64,000 bases of DNA. Source: Bacteroidales bacterium (GTDB lineage: Bacteria > Bacteroidota > Bacteroidia > Bacteroidales > Paludibacteraceae). Numbering within the stretch: position 1 is the first letter of the stretch; each line of letters opens with the position of its first letter. Both the position numbers and the translations under genes were made by a program. The stretch covers positions 3,584 through 67,583 of the forward strand of contig SUXC01000014.1 in the NCBI GenBank assembly GCA_015061165.1, given 5' to 3'. Positions 63,196 through 64,000 of this stretch are shown piece by piece. Below the pieces are notes generated by a model that saw only the letters and a program-made list of their open reading frames with translations, was not told the origin of the DNA and searched no databases.

Positions 63196-63230
63196 GAATT
63201 TTGAATTAGGAATTAAGAATTTTGAATTAA
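63196..63230. repeat. 5 x 7 nt GAATTWW module after the EF-hand protein gene stop
   Basis: gaatttt gaattag gaattaa gaatttt gaattaa. Confidence 0.9.
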
Positions 63231-63240
63231 TATAAAGGAT

Positions 63241-63263
63241 GCTCCCCAACGGGAGCGTTTTTT
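63241..63263 (+). terminator. Terminator after the EF-hand protein gene (convergent with era)
   Basis: gctccc-caac-gggagc followed by gTTTTTT. Confidence 0.6.
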
Positions 63264-63264
63264 A

Positions 63265-64000
63265 TTAGTTCAAATCATATCCGTAATGACGAAGGCGGGT
63301 TTGCGATGAGCGCCAGTCTTTGTCCACCTTGACAAAGAGTTGCAGGAACACGGGTTTGCCGAAAAAGGATTCTATCTCTTTTCGCGCTTGTGTTCCTACT
63401 CTTTTGAGGGCTTTGCCACCCTTGCCTATGATAATACCCTTTTGGCTATCACGCTCCACATAGATGACCGCACCTATACGAATGATACCCTCGGGATGTT
63501 GTTCATCAGGTTCTTCATCCAAAAACGATTCTACCTCCACCTCTACGCTGTAGGGGATTTCCTTATCATAGTTGAGCAGAATCTTCTCTCGAATCATCTC
63601 ATCCACAAAGAAACGCGATGATTTGTCGGTCAATTGGTCTTTTGGGAAGAATGGCGGACATTCGGGCAGTGCTTCGCGGATGGCAGCGAAGAGTTGGTCT
63701 GTACCAAACTTTTGCTGTGCCGAAATAGGGAATACCGTTGCCTCGGGTAATACGCGATGCCAGTACTCTACCAAATTTTCCAATGTCTCTTGCGTGGTGA
63801 GGTCTATCTTATTGATAATGAGAAAGACCTTCGCCTTGATGCGCTTGACCTTTTCGAGGAAGTCGGCATTCTTATCGGGGTTGTCCTGTACATCGGTTAC
63901 ATAGAGTAGCACATCTGCATCCACCAATGCCGAATGCGAGAACTCGAGCATCTGCTCTTGGAGTTTGTAATTGGGCTGCAATACGCCTGGGGTATCAGAA
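63265..64000 (-). CDS. era: GTPase Era (N-terminus outside the window)
   Basis: NKID G4 motif and a C-terminal KH domain (IIIGKGGKALKRVGTQAR). The reading frame continues to the window end. Confidence 0.9.
   Translation of the reverse strand, partial: SDTPGVLQPNYKLQEQMLEFSHSALVDADVLLYVTDVQDNPDKNADFLEKVKRIKAKVFLIINKIDLTTQETLENLVEYWHRVLPEATVFPISAQQKFGTDQLFAAIREALPECPPFFPKDQLTDKSSRFFVDEMIREKILLNYDKEIPYSVEVEVESFLDEEPDEQHPEGIIRIGAVIYVERDSQKGIIIGKGGKALKRVGTQARKEIESFFGKPVFLQLFVKVDKDWRSSQTRLRHYGYDLN

Overview
This is a 64-kb chromosomal segment of a Bacteroidota genome. I infer a Prevotellaceae-like organism from the TAnnTTTG -7 promoter boxes, a SusC/SusD pair and a T9SS C-terminal sorting domain. 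It holds about 50 protein genes, mostly housekeeping: truA, ribE, rsmI, ilvE, lepB, metY-metX-thrA, an N-domain-less clpB, ispE, dnaX, ygiQ, rpsA, era, two FKBP isomerases, two Wzx-like flippases, a POT transporter, TPM/LemA/DUF456 and a SusC/SusD pair. I found no rRNA, tRNA, CRISPR array, transposase, integrase or reverse transcriptase. Three patches look accessory. (i) At 13.3-15.4 kb, an orphan LHH-type HNH nuclease gene is translationally coupled to a 44-aa zinc-ribbon ORF; it is preceded by a 139-nt rod-like structure, an intrinsic terminator and a frameshifted KilA-N remnant. (ii) At 27.3-29.6 kb, a DUF4143-type AAA ATPase gene is flanked by imperfect direct repeats. (iii) At 29.6-33.5 kb and 36.1-38.3 kb lie surface-lipoprotein genes (LPP20-like, CsgG/LpoB-like, FISUMP/DUF1566-like, PEGA), the first set behind a 0.4-kb structured leader. 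The most unusual signal is window-wide. More than 35 short tandem-repeat modules are built from 7-, 9-, 10/11- or 22-nt units, and many are 35 or 70 nt long (5 or 10 heptamers). They fill gene junctions almost exactly, donate start or stop codons, and sit in frame inside at least ten conserved genes. All coordinates and unit counts were made by hand, so module boundaries are uncertain by a few nt.
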